A stretch of 64,000 nucleotides of DNA from Eledone cirrhosa (lineage: Eukaryota): the NCBI GenBank assembly GCA_964016885.1, contig OZ024740.1:299956001-300020000 (forward strand), read 5' to 3'. Below are positions 1 through 13,786 of this stretch, in pieces; position 1 is the first letter of the stretch; the number at the start of each line of letters is the position of its first letter. A program made the translations under genes and the position numbers. Under the pieces are notes generated by a model that did not search any database, was not told the DNA's origin, and saw only the letters and a program-made list of their open reading frames with translations.

Positions 1-584
1 GAGTAAGTGAATGTGTGCTGAGTGCGGGCGTACATATGTGAGTAGGTGATTGTCTTTGTTTCTGTGCCTGAAGTTTCGTCAAACTATGCCTGTGTGCGTA
101 AATTGTAAAAAAATATAGATAGGTGTATTGACATTTAGAAATGCTACAACCAGTCAGAAAATGGAGAATCAGGGAAGTTTTAGTAGTAGATATATCATAC
201 ATATTACAATGTATTACTGGGCCAATTTCCTGCTTGATGTTTTTGTTTTTAATAAACGACATGTATAACCAATATCTATCTCCTACACTTCTTCCTTTTC
301 CATCAATGAGATTTTCACGTTTTTCCATTGCTATTATATTCACTAGAATATCAGGAATCTCAGCCAAACTATTGTGGCTTAATATAATTTCGATACTATT
401 TTCACGGCACCCATCTATATTCGACATTGTTTATTTTAATTTTTGTTTTGTACATTGTATTTGGCAACAATGTCATTTCATTTCTGTCACTCTCTCTCAT
501 ACGCTCTCTCTCACGCACTTTCTCATTTTCTCATTCTTCCTCTCCTTCTCTTATTCCCTCCCACTATCTCGCATTACCTCTATA

Positions 585-840
<256 letters not shown>

Positions 841-1420
841 GGTTATACTTTGGGAGGGTCATGTTGCCAATAAGAAACAAACGCACCAGTTGATTTGACT
901 TCAATTTATTATAATATATTCTTACCCATACGAAGTCGTCCTCTGGCTAGCTGGATTCGAACTTTGATAATACGAAAATACGAATTTCATTGGTCAATGA
1001 ATGAGTAAGGAAACGACTGAAGCTATGTACGTTCTATTTAAGATGGTGTTTATCTTATCAAATAAAAATGAAATACATTTAAAAGAATTCAATCTTTACG
1101 AATTTTTTTCTATCTCTGCTGTCGGCAGATCAATTTTCTTTACAATTCAATTTTTGGAAATCGTTTGGATTTTATGAACGGATTTCATATGTTTCTCATT
1201 TCTTCATCCATATTTTGTTATTGCTTGACTGGCTACGTTTCTTTATATTTCTTTGTTGGAAGATCCCTACAGGTATCTATGGATTACTTGTTGCATCATC
1301 TTTCATGATGTTTACAAAGACTTTTCACTTAATATGCGTAGGTTTTAATTTAATGCAACCATTTGCAAAGTTTGAAAAAACAGTCTTTATTGAACATAAC
1401 ATACCAAGTGATCGGCTCAT
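841..1420 (-). mobile_element. Highly decayed putative PLE 3' end
   Basis: Bounded by (TA)n. The minus strand shows faint resemblance to a GIY-YIG C-terminus; no intact ORF. Confidence 0.25.
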
Positions 1421-1437
1421 ATATATATATATATATA

Positions 1438-1514
1438 AGAGAGTATTGAAGTTTGCTTGAAGCATTGTGAAATAATAAATAAATATCTTTAAGTCGTTTG
1501 GAAGCCTCGACAAT
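1438..1514. repeat. Short dispersed repeat (family B), also at 40049-40270
   Basis: gagagtattgaagtttgcttgaagcattgtg...ggaagcctcgacaatg is near-identical to 40049-40125. Confidence 0.85.
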
Positions 1515-1538
1515 GCAAATATAAATATAAATATATAA

Positions 1539-1620
<82 letters not shown>

Positions 1621-1623
<3 letters not shown>

Positions 1624-2010
1624 AACCAGTAAGACCCCGACGGCTGAGCTCAAGCCGTTTCGACGGCTAATTCTGGACCGCATGGTGCGGGTGAAATGAA
1701 TTGAGCTGAGCGGAAAAGTCTGGATACGGCGTGGTAGGGTCGGAAAGTGCTCTACTACGGGAGTAGGAGCTAGATAACGAAGGAAATGTGGTAAGGAACC
1801 AGGTGGACCTAACGCACCAAAGTACTCAATACTTGGGGTAGTAGAGTGGGTAATAGGAACCAGTAAGACCCCGACGGCTGAGCTCAAGCCGTTTCGACGG
1901 CTAATTCTGGTCGGGGTCTTACTGGTTCCTATTACCCACTCTACTACCCCAAGTATTGAGTACTTTGGTGCGTTATGGTCCACCTGGTTCCTTACCACAT
2001 TTCCTTCGTT
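1621..2010. mobile_element. PLE pseudo-LTR module (family C): two minus-strand HHR-like copies plus an inverted tail
   Basis: Direct repeat 1621-1676/1855-1909; inverted repeat ~1776-1872/1910-2010; same motif as the ends of the PLEs at 16069 and 19331; flanked by (TA)n. Confidence 0.85.
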
Positions 2011-2160
2011 ATATATATATATAACTAATTCATCGCCGTTATATATATATATATATAACGGCGATGAATTAGTTTTACGAGATTTTGATATGAAATCGTG
2101 TTTCGAAACAAATATTGTTATACTTGGGGAGGGGGGGGGGTATGTATATATACATTCACG

Positions 2161-2430
2161 TTTGTTGGTTGGTTCAGCACAGGATAGAACTGGTCATTCC
2201 CTATAGTTAACCATGATGTAATACTAGGACAAGCACTCGACGTAATGCAACTCACCCATCTTCGTTCATGTTGAATCTTATTGGTGGTGCGGGAACAGAG
2301 TTAAATAAAATTGTGTAAAATGACAGGAGGCTGGACTGGTGAAATTCTTTAAAGGTTTATTATGAACACTATGCACATTTCAATGACCGGGCTCTGCAAG
2401 AACCCAGTGACATCATCAGGTGTTACGAAA
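2161..2430 (-). mobile_element. PLE pseudo-LTR-like module (family D)
   Basis: Diverged inverted copy at 4890-5150; contains an HHR. Confidence 0.75.
2365..2424 (-). ncRNA. Type I hammerhead ribozyme (family D)
   Basis: Minus strand: AACAC-CUGAUGA-[stem II CUGGGUUC/GAGCCCGG]-GAAA-UGUGCA-UA-GUGUU. Canonical core, 5-bp stem I, AUA site. Confidence 0.8.
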
Positions 2431-4894
2431 TTTATCTAATAAAGGAATATAATAATGGTAGACAGAATCCAAGGGGATGAAAAGTAGAGAGAAATGTTTA
2501 AGACCTGAAGGCGGCCAGAGCAAGCAGTTGCCAGCCAAGGTGTATATATATATACAAAGCCGTCATTGCTCCAACATGTCTATACCCCTTCAATAACTAC
2601 CTCAGATATACATACACTTACACTATACATATATACGTATATAACCGACCCAATCATGAACTAAACCGACAAAATCATGAACAAAATGTCTATATTAGAT
2701 CTAATACATGCCACGTAATCCCTACCTCTGACATGCTTATATTGCAACAATCACTAACCTGCTCAAACCATGAGCATCGCAGAGATGGACACTTTCAAGC
2801 TGCAGTTGTCAAATTATGCAGTTTCTTTACACATTAAATAGCTATTATTACCTACAGCGACTACAACCCCATTACGTAATAGGCCTTGTACCAACCTCTC
2901 CCATATTCTGTTGATATTAAACGCTAAAGCAATTCAACAAAGATGATCTGTTGCCGCGCATTGGTGGCCCACATTTCAAATAAACACAATATACATAATG
3001 GAAAGCAAAAGAAAGTTAAGATTAAATACTAACCTATAAAAAAAGATAATATATATATATATATATATATAATATAAAACGAAAAATGAGTGATGCATCT
3101 GGACTCAATTGATTGTGTGTTACAATTATTTCGCCGGCAGACAGCTCGACACACTATCATTGTAACGATCTGCCTGATTCCAGAACTGCAGGTTCCTCGG
3201 ACACTGGCAATAATTTCAGAACAAATTTTCTCTTTGCTCAATTAATGTTGAGCACTTCAAAATGTAATATTGGACAGCGGCATTGACTTCAGTGTACAGC
3301 TATTGCCAGCATGGGATTAACTGCTCTACTTACCATTCTGATTTTGGCTGCTCTGTGCTTTATCTACCGCCACCTGATACTACTTCCGATTCCGACGAAA
3401 CTCTACGTATTATACTAAAACATGTATTGTATTGACTGAATTCTCTACTCTATACCTCAGGACTTTTTGTGACTCACACTGAATTCGGAGACCCGAACTT
3501 TACACTAAGTACCACCTGTTAACATTCTATCTCTTCCATCCTATATATCTATATGTACAACCTGTATTATCTTACTACAACTTGATCTATATTGTATTTC
3601 CCCTACACTGTGATTCCTCCGATACGTTCTTATATACTTCCATCTTTCTACACCCCTAGCTATTTACCTTTATTAATTTGTTTATTATTTTATTAATGTA
3701 TTTTTATCAATGTATTGTATCTTTATATTTGTATTTTATCTTTATATCCTGCTTTTATTATTTTTTTGTAACTTTCCTTACGCAGGTCATTATGCACCTT
3801 TCATAGCCCCCTACCCACCTAAGAACCACACTACTTATAACCCCGACTAACTGGGACTTTAAAATAACTATGGTCTACTTGCACTTTTCATTGGGTTGCT
3901 ACCTTCCACTTATGTGGTGGCCTTTCCCGGCAGCTGCGCGCTGGGCACTCGGAAAGTTCAGCCCTCCTTGAGTGCTCGGTAAAATAAATTTCTCCTCTTT
4001 CGTTAAACGAAATTACTCGGAGCGACGTGCTTTGCTCCGGTCCCACCGCGCCGCCTGTTTTGGCCGCCATATTATACTTATACCTATAAACTCCAGGTTT
4101 AGGCATAACTATTAGCTGTTTCATGCCTCTACTGGCACATAAATAAACCCCTCATGTGTGATTTAATAATATTCGTTTGGTATAGACGATGGCTTGTCGA
4201 AATTGTGGAATTCCCGCTAGCGCTCCCGGGGCCTAAGGTAGCTACGTTCCTAGAGTACTCGGAAAAATCAATTTCCATTTCTTTCGCTGGACGATACCAC
4301 TCGAGACTGGCTGACTCATGGTAGGGGTGTTGGCTGGGACTCGCAATCGAATTCTTTACTCTATATCCCATCCTGATATCTTATCGAGATAAATTTGTTC
4401 ATATAAGACTCTCTCCGTAAGTTCATTAAATAAATCTCGCTACCTTAACCTTTAATTTTCTAATAATTTATTTTTCAATTTATCATTTTCCAATTTAATA
4501 TTTTTAATTTAAGTTAATTTCATCCTATAACTCGCAACATAATTTTAACGTTCCAAACTTCGGTTCACACATTAGTCCATACAGACACCCATTATAGATT
4601 CTTTGGAGTAGCATTTTTTTCGCGGCATTTTCTAGCATGAATGTAGTGTGACCCTTACGCTGACATCTTTCTTCCTTTTACTTCTTTCTTCCTTTCTTTC
4701 TTTCTTCCCCTTTTTCTTTGACGGAGAGGTGGTAGTGCATTATAAGCCTTCGCCCCCTCACCGGATGATGATTAGTAGATAGAGTTGCCACCACTTTGAG
4801 GGCGACTGGCCGAGGTAAAGGTAGCTAGTTGGTCAGTCGTCCTCTTTGTCTCTGTCGCTGATTTTTCAGACCCATGGTTTGTTACATATTCCTT

Positions 4895-4950
4895 TACCTG
4901 ATGATATCACCGGATTCATATGGAACCCGGTCATTAAAATGATAATAGTA
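4895..4950 (+). ncRNA. Degenerate hammerhead ribozyme (family D, GAAA mutated to AAAA)
   Basis: UAC-CUGAUGA-[CCGGAUUC/GAACCCGG]-AAAA-UGAUAA-UA-GUA, within the module 4890-5150. Confidence 0.6.
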
Positions 4951-5150
4951 TAATAAACCTTTCAGGGATTTACACCAGTCCAGCCTCCTGTTATTTTATT
5001 TTATTTATAATTAACTCCGTATTCGCACCACCAACTACACAAACGAAGATGGGTGAACTGCACTATGTTGAGTACTCTCTACAATATTACACCAAGATTG
5101 ACCATACGGAATGACCAATTCTATCCAGTGGTGAACCAACAAACCTAAAG

Positions 5151-5209
<59 letters not shown>

Positions 5210-5320
5210 CAAAGGAATTCCAACTTTGTCTGATTTACTCGTTTTATTTACAATCCTTTAAAATTTATAATGGTATTAGAATGAAATAGTATGGTAGAAT
5301 ATTAAATGTTAAGTGTTGAT

Positions 5321-5359
5321 TGAACAAGTACTTTCATGATTTCGCAATCTTCAGGTTCA
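5321..5359 (-). ncRNA. Minimal type I hammerhead ribozyme (family G), in module 5213-5398
   Basis: Minus: UGAAC-CUGAAGA-uugcgaaaucau-GAAA-GUAC-UU-GUUCA; palindromic stem III, weak stem II. Confidence 0.65.
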
Positions 5360-5397
5360 TATTCTGTAGTGATAGTCACCTTTGTAATTTTCAACTG

Positions 5398-5429
<32 letters not shown>

Positions 5430-5432
5430 TAT

Positions 5433-8400
5433 ATTTGCAAACCCACTGACACCACACCAATACTTAAATTTCCGGTCAGCACACCCCTCACATACGAAAA
5501 GGAACATTCCCTTCAACATGGCAAGGCGCAGCTGCACTATAGCAACACAACCCCGTACTACAAGAAAAAAGATTATGTGACCTGAAAAAAATTCCTTAAT
5601 AAACAAGAATACCCGATGAAACTCATCAACGCAGCCATCTCCAAGGCTAAGAACATCCCAATAACAACACTGAGAAAACCAAAACCCACAACATAGAAAA
5701 GAAAACCCTGCTATCTCTTTTGTCATCACTCACGACCCAGGGAACGTCAACATTGTGCAAACTGCTAAGCAGTATCTCCCGATTCTACAGCAATCTACCA
5801 AAATGAATGCACTCTTAAAAAACACACAGATAATACACCAAGCACCCAACCTTAAAAACTAATTACCAAGGCAAAATTTACGACCAACATGGAATCAATT
5901 AAAGTGACGAAATGCGGGGAACCTAGATGTGGAACCTGTAAACTCATCGAAGAGGTCAAACAGTTGTCCTTCAAAAAACCATCATAATGTCAAGGTCAAT
6001 GCAAACATGAACTGCAAAACGAAAAACCTAATATATTGCGCAACATGTCCACAGTGTAAAGAGTATTACATTGGGGAAACCGGAACGGGACTACATGATA
6101 GAGTCCGGGTACATAAACAACAAATTTAAAGACCCCACAGTCAGAAATACCACATGTAGCGCACACTTTGCATCATGCGGGAAGGGAAAATTCACAATCT
6201 TCCCTTTCTTCAAGATATGGTCGGATAACGAACATTTCCGCAGATGTAAAGAAGAATTCTTCATTGAAAAATTTAAAGCACTACTGAACACGAAAAAATG
6301 AATTAACACTCGGAGGTAAAATTCCATTTCACTACCCCCCCCCCCTCTCTCTTCTTATGTGTACCAGCAACATACGACTCAATTTATACAATTTTTATTT
6401 TTTTTATTTTTTCTAATCCGGAAAAAAAATTCTTTTGGGATTTTGTGAAGAAAATAAATTTGTTGAAAGCACAAGTGAAGCCATTTTTTTCTTCCCCCCT
6501 GTCTTAATATACCTAACTGTACCAAGGATTACACACATTTTCCAATATTCTATCCCCTTGTACAAGACAGAATGGCTAACACACGTTCAAAATCCTCTAC
6601 TGAATCCCTCAAATCGGAGACACTACTACAGGAAATATCAGAAAAACTCACCATAATAATAGATAAATATGATTCCCTTACGAATGCCGTACAAGAAATG
6701 TAACAACAAACACGCAGCTATAGGGAAACACTTGATTCACTAATTACAGACCGACAAAAACAAGAACAAACCTTTTCCCTTGAAATAGCTACATATGAAC
6801 AGAACTCCATCACCAATAATGCATTCAAAGAATGGAATGAACTGAATCTAGAAAAAGAAGCCTACAGAAAAAGAAACCAAATGAAAAACATTTGGAACCA
6901 ACTATTAAATCAAAGAAAACAGGCATACTGGAAAGCCTTGAGGAGTGAAAACAGACACATACGAAATATGGCGTAGCAAGGAACCAGTTATCCTCCCGAG
7001 AAAATTCCGAATTAAAGAAATACCATCGGAATCAAAGGAAGAAACTGCAACAAGACTAAATCTAGCACTCCAAACACTTGAGACCGAAATCACCCTACTC
7101 CGCCTAAGAGTGCCAAAATTCAAAGAGAAATTTGAAAAATGCGACACCACCCTCCAAGAGGAAATAAACAAAAGAAGCAGCGGCAATGTACGTGAAAAAC
7201 TCCTTAACTTATGGCAGACAGATACAACTAGAGAGGAGTTAAAATCAAAGAAAATCTTGGAATCAAGAGCTCAATGGCTTCAAGAATATGAAGATAACTA
7301 TGGGAAAGATCAAATAAAACCCAGAAAACAAACCCATAGGAAACCCCAGAACTCAGGAAAAACACAACAACACAAGAAATGAAGCACCCACACACAATAA
7401 ACCAACAACAACCAGATATCGGGTAACCCCAAACACACAACTACATACAGACCCAATACTCAACACCAGAACCAGATACAACCACTGCCATAACACCAAG
7501 AACAATTACCGGTAACAAAATCAAAGACACATGAATACTGAACGAAACAACAGAAGAACGAGACCCCCATACAGCAAAGACCACGCAAGAGTCTATCGCC
7601 CAACCAGTTACCGGTATGAAGTTCCGGCGGGCCAAAGGTTTCACCACAACAGAAACACCGCTATCCCAAATGGCACCCATTTTTTAGGACTAGGGGCCTT
7701 GCACCAAATGAAAGAAAAAAAGAAAAAAGCACCACCTTTCAAGTGGCACCTGCCGAGAAAGAACCAATCGAACCAAAAATAATCAATATATCAGCCAAGA
7801 AATTAACACAACCACAAAATACAACTGTTAGAAACTGGACTGAAGTTCACTCCCACTCCGAAAGCAGATACAGCCGATGTTATAAAAGACACATAAGAAT
7901 ACTGTCGAAAATTACGCTTAGGAGAATTCTTCCAGGGTGTACAATACGAGGAAGAATCACTGGTGTAAAACAAAAAGTACTTCACACCCCCGCTAAATAG
8001 AGATACATACCTGGAGGAGTACATAACCTGCCTTCGCCGATCAGCACGTACAAATACGGCCGAGACGAAACACAAACGCAACATCCCTACAGACCAACTA
8101 CTAGTATTGAACAAGCTACAAAGGGATTCCTCAATAATAATAAAAGAAGCGGACAAAGGTGGAGCAATGGTCATCATGGACATAAACCACTACAAAGATA
8201 TGGCTCTAGCACACTTGGATGACGAAAACTGCTACAGGAAAATAACTAAAAACGAAGAAAGGAAATCGAGGAACCAAATAGGCAAACTAACAACAAAGTA
8301 CCAAAACAACCTATCACCAAAAGAAATAGATTACCTAACCAACTTCGAAATGAAAACCAGCAATTTCTATGGATTACCAAAAATTCACAAATCCATAGAA

Positions 8401-10214
8401 ATCCAAAACAACATAAAAGGGAAAAAATACATCATACATCGAAGCACCAAAACCGACAGACTTAAAATTACGCCCCATTATTGCTGGCCCAGCCTCAAGC
8501 ACACAACGTCTAAGCAACCTATAAGACATCATACTCAAACCCCTATGTAAAAAAAATTCCAAGCTACATCAGAGATGATATGGAATTCCTTAACTATATC
8601 CCCCAAAAAGTACACCAGGATACAATCCTAGTCAGTTTTGATGTAATAAGCCTGTACACTAACATCCCACACGACCTAGGGATTGAAGCTGTGGACTTCT
8701 GGATTACAAAACACTCAAGTCACATTTCAGAAAGATTCCCCAAAGAATTCATCTTGGAAGGACTTAAATTAGTATTGGAAAACAACCACTTCCTCTTTGA
8801 CAACGAACTTTATCTACAAATAAAAGGAACAGCCATGGGTACCAAAGTGGCCCCTACATATGCAAATAGTCGTTATGGGTCACTTAGAGGCAAAATTATA
8901 TTCCCAACTACAGATAACATTCAGTCACGACTTCGCCTTCTACATTAATAAAAACTGGAAACGTTACCTAGATGACTGCTTCATCTTCTGGAACAGAAGC
9001 CAAACAGACCTACAAAAATTTTATTCGATCTTAAACAGGCTTCATGAAGCTATACAATTCACTATGGAATGTAACGACAAGGAACTGCCCTTTCTAGATA
9101 TCCTCATCATTAAAGAAGGGGAAAATATCATAACGGACCTATTTTGCAAACCCACTGACACACACCAATACTTAAATTTCCGGTCAGCACACCCCTCACA
9201 TACGAAAAGGAACATTCCCTTCAACATGGCAAGGCGCATCTGCACTATAGCAAGACACCCCGTACTACAAGAAAAAAGATTATGTGACCTGAAAAAATTC
9301 CTTAAAAAACAAGAATACCCGATGAAACTCATCAACGCAGCCATCTCCAAGGCTAAGAACATCCCAATAACAAAACTGAGAAAACCAAACCCACAACATA
9401 AAAAAGAAAACCCTGCTATCTCTTTTGTCATCACTCACAACCCAGGGAACGTCAACATTGTGAAAACTGCTAAGCAGTATCTCCCGATTCTACAGCAATC
9501 TACCAAAATGAATGCACTCTTAAAAAACACACAGATAATTTATAGCAGACGCCAAGCACCCAACCTTAAAAAACTAATTACCAAGGCAAAATTTACGACC
9601 AGCATGGAATCAATGCAAGTGACGAAATTTGGGGACCCTAAATGTGGAACCTGCGAACTCATCGAAGAGGGCAAACAGTTGTCCTTCAAAAACCATCATA
9701 ATGTCAAGGTCAATGCAAACATGAACTGCAAAACGAAAAACCTAATATATTGCGCAACATGTCCACAGTGTAAAGAGTATTACATTGGGGAAACCGGAAC
9801 GGGACTACATGATAGAGTCTGGGTACATAAACAACAAATTAAAGACCCCACAGTCAGAAATACCACATGTAGCGCAGACTTTGCATCATGCAGGAAGGGA
9901 AAATTCACAATCTTACCTTTCTTCAAGATATGGTCGGATAACGGACATTTCCGCAGATATAAAGAAGAATTCTTCATTGAAAAATTTAAACCACTACTGA
10001 ACACGAAAAAATGAATTAACACTCGGAGGTAAAATTCCATTTCACTAACCCCCCCCCCCCCTTTTCTTATGTGTACCAACAACCAACGACTCAATTTATA
10101 AAAAAAAAAAAAAAAAATTTATTTCTAATCCGGAAAAAAATTCTTTTGGGATTTTGTGAAGAAAATAAATTTGTTGAAAGCACAAGTGAAGCCATTTATT
10201 TCTTCCCCTCTGTC

Positions 10215-10220
<6 letters not shown>
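5433..10220 (+). mobile_element. Near-complete Penelope-like retrotransposon in partial tandem, inserted in (TA)n
   Basis: 5433-6510 is a direct repeat of 9141-10220 (RT C-terminus, GIY-YIG and 3' UTR); both outer ends abut (TA)n. Confidence 0.95.
6500..10014 (+). pseudogene. Frameshifted PLE polyprotein: N-terminal extension, reverse transcriptase and GIY-YIG endonuclease
   Basis: IIKEADKGGAMVIMD, FYGLPKIHK, SFDVISLYTNIP, GTAMGTKVAPTYAN, WKRYLDDCF, LPFLDILI, CxxC linker, NLIYCATCPQCKEYYIGETG. Several frameshifts; start approximate. Confidence 0.93.
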
Positions 10221-10259
<39 letters not shown>

Positions 10260-10294
10260 TTGAAAATTGAAAACTTGACTGTCACCACAGAATA

Positions 10295-10330
10295 GAACCT
10301 GAAGATTGCGAAACATGAAAGTACTTGTTC
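10295..10330 (+). ncRNA. Minimal hammerhead ribozyme (family G), in module 10258-10440
   Basis: GAAC-CUGAAGA-uugcgaaacau-GAAA-GUAC-UU-GUUC; the module is the inverted copy of 5213-5398. Confidence 0.65.
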
Positions 10331-10473
10331 AATTTGCACTTACCATTTAATATTCTACCAAACTATTTCATTCTAATACGATTATAAATTTTAAAGGATT
10401 GTAAATAAAACGAGTAAATCAGACAAACTTGGAATTCGTTTTATTAATATATATATATATATATAAATATATA

Positions 10474-10506
<33 letters not shown>

Positions 10507-10507
10507 G

Positions 10508-10613
10508 GTACGGTTGTCCTTCCTGTTCTGTATAACCATGTCCATTACGAGTTGAGGATTCGCTAAGGTGAAACAATTGTTTTCGGTATGGTGAACTAAC
10601 TTTTGTGTAACCA

Positions 10614-10617
<4 letters not shown>
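10508..10617 (+). mobile_element. Solo PLE pseudo-LTR fragment (family E) with mutated HHR at 10548-10585
   Basis: CGAG-UUGAGGA-...-GAAA-CAAUUG-UU-UUCG; matches the copies near 25250, 53008 and 61190; between (TA)n. Confidence 0.85.
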
Positions 10618-10653
<36 letters not shown>

Positions 10654-11223
10654 TAATTGGAAATTTAGTAAAATCGAATCTCTGGCGGTTTGCAAGCAAA
10701 TTCGGCCTACTTATATGAAATGATGAGTTAGCAAAGCACTCGATAAGTTAGGTCCTTAGAGTAATAACATACGTTTAAATAGCTTGACAAATCGAACATT
10801 GTGGTAGGCACAATCTAACACACAATAATATACCAAAGTAACGATAGAACTAACAGGTTGAGAAAAATACACCTGGACAAATCAAACGATTATACGTTTA
10901 AAGTGTTTCTTTGAATCAGAAATCAAATATCAGACTTACGTGACTGGCAAGCTCGTGGTATTCATGATCGAACGGAGGATTCAGATTTTCAAAAGGCTTT
11001 TCGTTCTACCAAGAAAAGGGGTGATAGTGTAAATGTTGCTGGTAAATGCAGCGTATCGTATTTATAGCTGCCACATGTTAATTCCAGCAAGGGAAATAAC
11101 CCCCGGTTTGTGGCGGGTCATTCAAAACGTTAGACAAAGGAAATATTTTAATTTCCGCTAATCATCACGATAAGCTCTAAACTAGATGTTATAAAACAAA
11201 CACAAATAATTAACCAATCAACA

Positions 11224-11332
<109 letters not shown>

Positions 11333-12523
11333 TTTGTATGTATTTATGTATGTGTAGAATATTTCCCATTTAACGATGAGAAATCCTATTCCAACTAGAA
11401 TTACGATCCAATGACCCACATTGTCTTTGGATGGTGTAGCTATGCAAGTGAATCATTTGTAATGAAAGATGATGCGTAACAACATATTTATATCTAAATA
11501 GTTTTGTAGTAGACATTCTTCTTGGATTGAAAACGCTTAATAAATGTGTTTGTGAAACATTTATTTGTAAGTGGAACCAATATGTACGTCTATTCAGACT
11601 TTTAGTAATACCATACAAATTATTGCAATATATTATTTGGTTTCATCGGAATCATGGTGTAGCTGCTAACGTTTATATATTTCATTAACTATCAAAACAT
11701 TATATATTAAAACATTTAAATATATATAAAAAATACATTGCGCAATATATCCCGAAATCCAAACATTTTCTTGGGGATAGGATAGTATTTCGATAGAAAA
11801 TATGTTTCGGTTTTTCGTATAGTTTAATTCAAGATTGTTGCACGAGGAATACCAGCTGATAAATATTATTGCAAATTGCTCGGCTTCAATTTAAAGTATA
11901 AATATAATTACTATTCCTGCTTTATATCAGTTGAAAACTAGCAACAATAACAGCAGGAAGAGTGTTCTACATTTTTGAAACAAAACAAAAAAAGAAAAAT
12001 ATGTTTATTTACGACGACGAACTACAATATGATAAAACAGTTCGTACCCTTCGCGCATTAGTTTTAATCACTTCACCGATTTCATTTCGACACCAGCCTT
12101 CCAAAAAAGAGAAAATATATCATTGTCTGAAATAAATGTCATATTTAGCATTTCAAATGCAGACTCTTCTTAATATTGAAATATGAAATGAGCAGGATGA
12201 CAGCATTAGAAAGCTTCTAAAGGTCAAATCAATTTTCAAGAAGTTTGCAAGTCAGACAAAGATAAATGTTATTTTTGTTCCATTAAATTCTGAGATTTTT
12301 TTCAGCCAAATATAGAAACTCGACGAAAAATTGAGTTGATACAAAAAGAACAAATGAAAACTACAAATAATACGTTATTCGTTTATAAGTGTAACTGATA
12401 AAACAGATACGTATGTTAGAAACTTTTCTATTTCTCTACCTCTCTCTCCGTGTTTTCTATAAGTTATCTTTATATAATTTCTACGCATGAGTGCTTTCTT
12501 CATACTTATAAAAATACATATAC

Positions 12524-12580
<57 letters not shown>

Positions 12581-13670
12581 GGTATCCACAGTAAGTTGTG
12601 GGGTCTATTCTACATGAAGAACTCGATGTAATCCATATGTTGAAAATGTTGTAGGTTAAGATAAATCACGGAAAATAATAAAGCATTAAAAGGAAAACAG
12701 AGTCATGATATAAGTTAAAACAATGAAATAAAAAAAATCAAGTCATTAGAGATATACTTCACTGCTAGACGATCGTTTCTATTGATGATAATACATTGTA
12801 GCTATACTTCGTTATTGATCTATGTAAGGTTAGTTACAAAATATCAGATAAAGAGAATATTTACTTACATGCATATCACCAGCTGTTTTCAAAAGCAATA
12901 ATAATTTTATTTAGAATTAGTAGTATGTTAGTATCATGTCCTTATTTGCAGGTAGTTGAAGAACTAACCAATCAAAATTGTTTTTTTTTTCATATGGTGC
13001 TAAGATGAAAAGTAATACACTTTAGTTGAGGTCATGACCCTTTGAAAGGAATGGCTGAATGGTGTTAATAGTAGAATTGGCATAAAAATCTATTAGGAGG
13101 AAAGGGATTGTCAAACTGGTAGTTGAATGTATCTGGTATAGTGAAGTTTAAAAGGAATATCAAAATAATTGGTGGTTAGTGTTGTATTGAGTTTTTAGGT
13201 GAATATAAATTAAGGTTATGGCTAGGAAAGATAGTATATTAAAAGATGAAAATTATAATGAGATAATGAAATACAATAACGCGATAATATACAACATAAC
13301 CAACACAATATAGTACGGTGTGGTAAATTGCACTTAGTATAATACAGCATATTATACGCTCTAAAATACTATCAAGTATGTTTATGTATAAATAATCAAA
13401 CTCAGATAAATACATGTTAGCATAGTTAAAACACATAAATTTCATAGATTACAAAGTGCATATATCCACACTATATATAGAGAGGTACAGTTATATTGAT
13501 ATCCAACCAAAAATATACATACGCACAAACAGATGCAAACCTAAATACACATTTACACATGTGCACATAATCATATACACACATATCCATACATATCTAT
13601 ATCTACATATACACACCTATACCCACATATATACATATATATATACATATATATATACATATATATATAC

Positions 13671-13772
<102 letters not shown>

Positions 13773-13786
13773 GTGTGTATGTACAC

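Noticed and set aside
6440-6485. GUGAAGA..GAAA motif in the PLE terminal repeat (also ~10155-10195) as an HHR
   Set aside because: C3 is absent, and there is no convincing stem I or NUH site.
12764-12802. Minus-strand GCUA-caaug-UAUU..AAUA-GAAA-CGAUCG-UC-UAGC hammerhead relic
   Set aside because: The stems fit but the CUGANGA box is destroyed; single copy.
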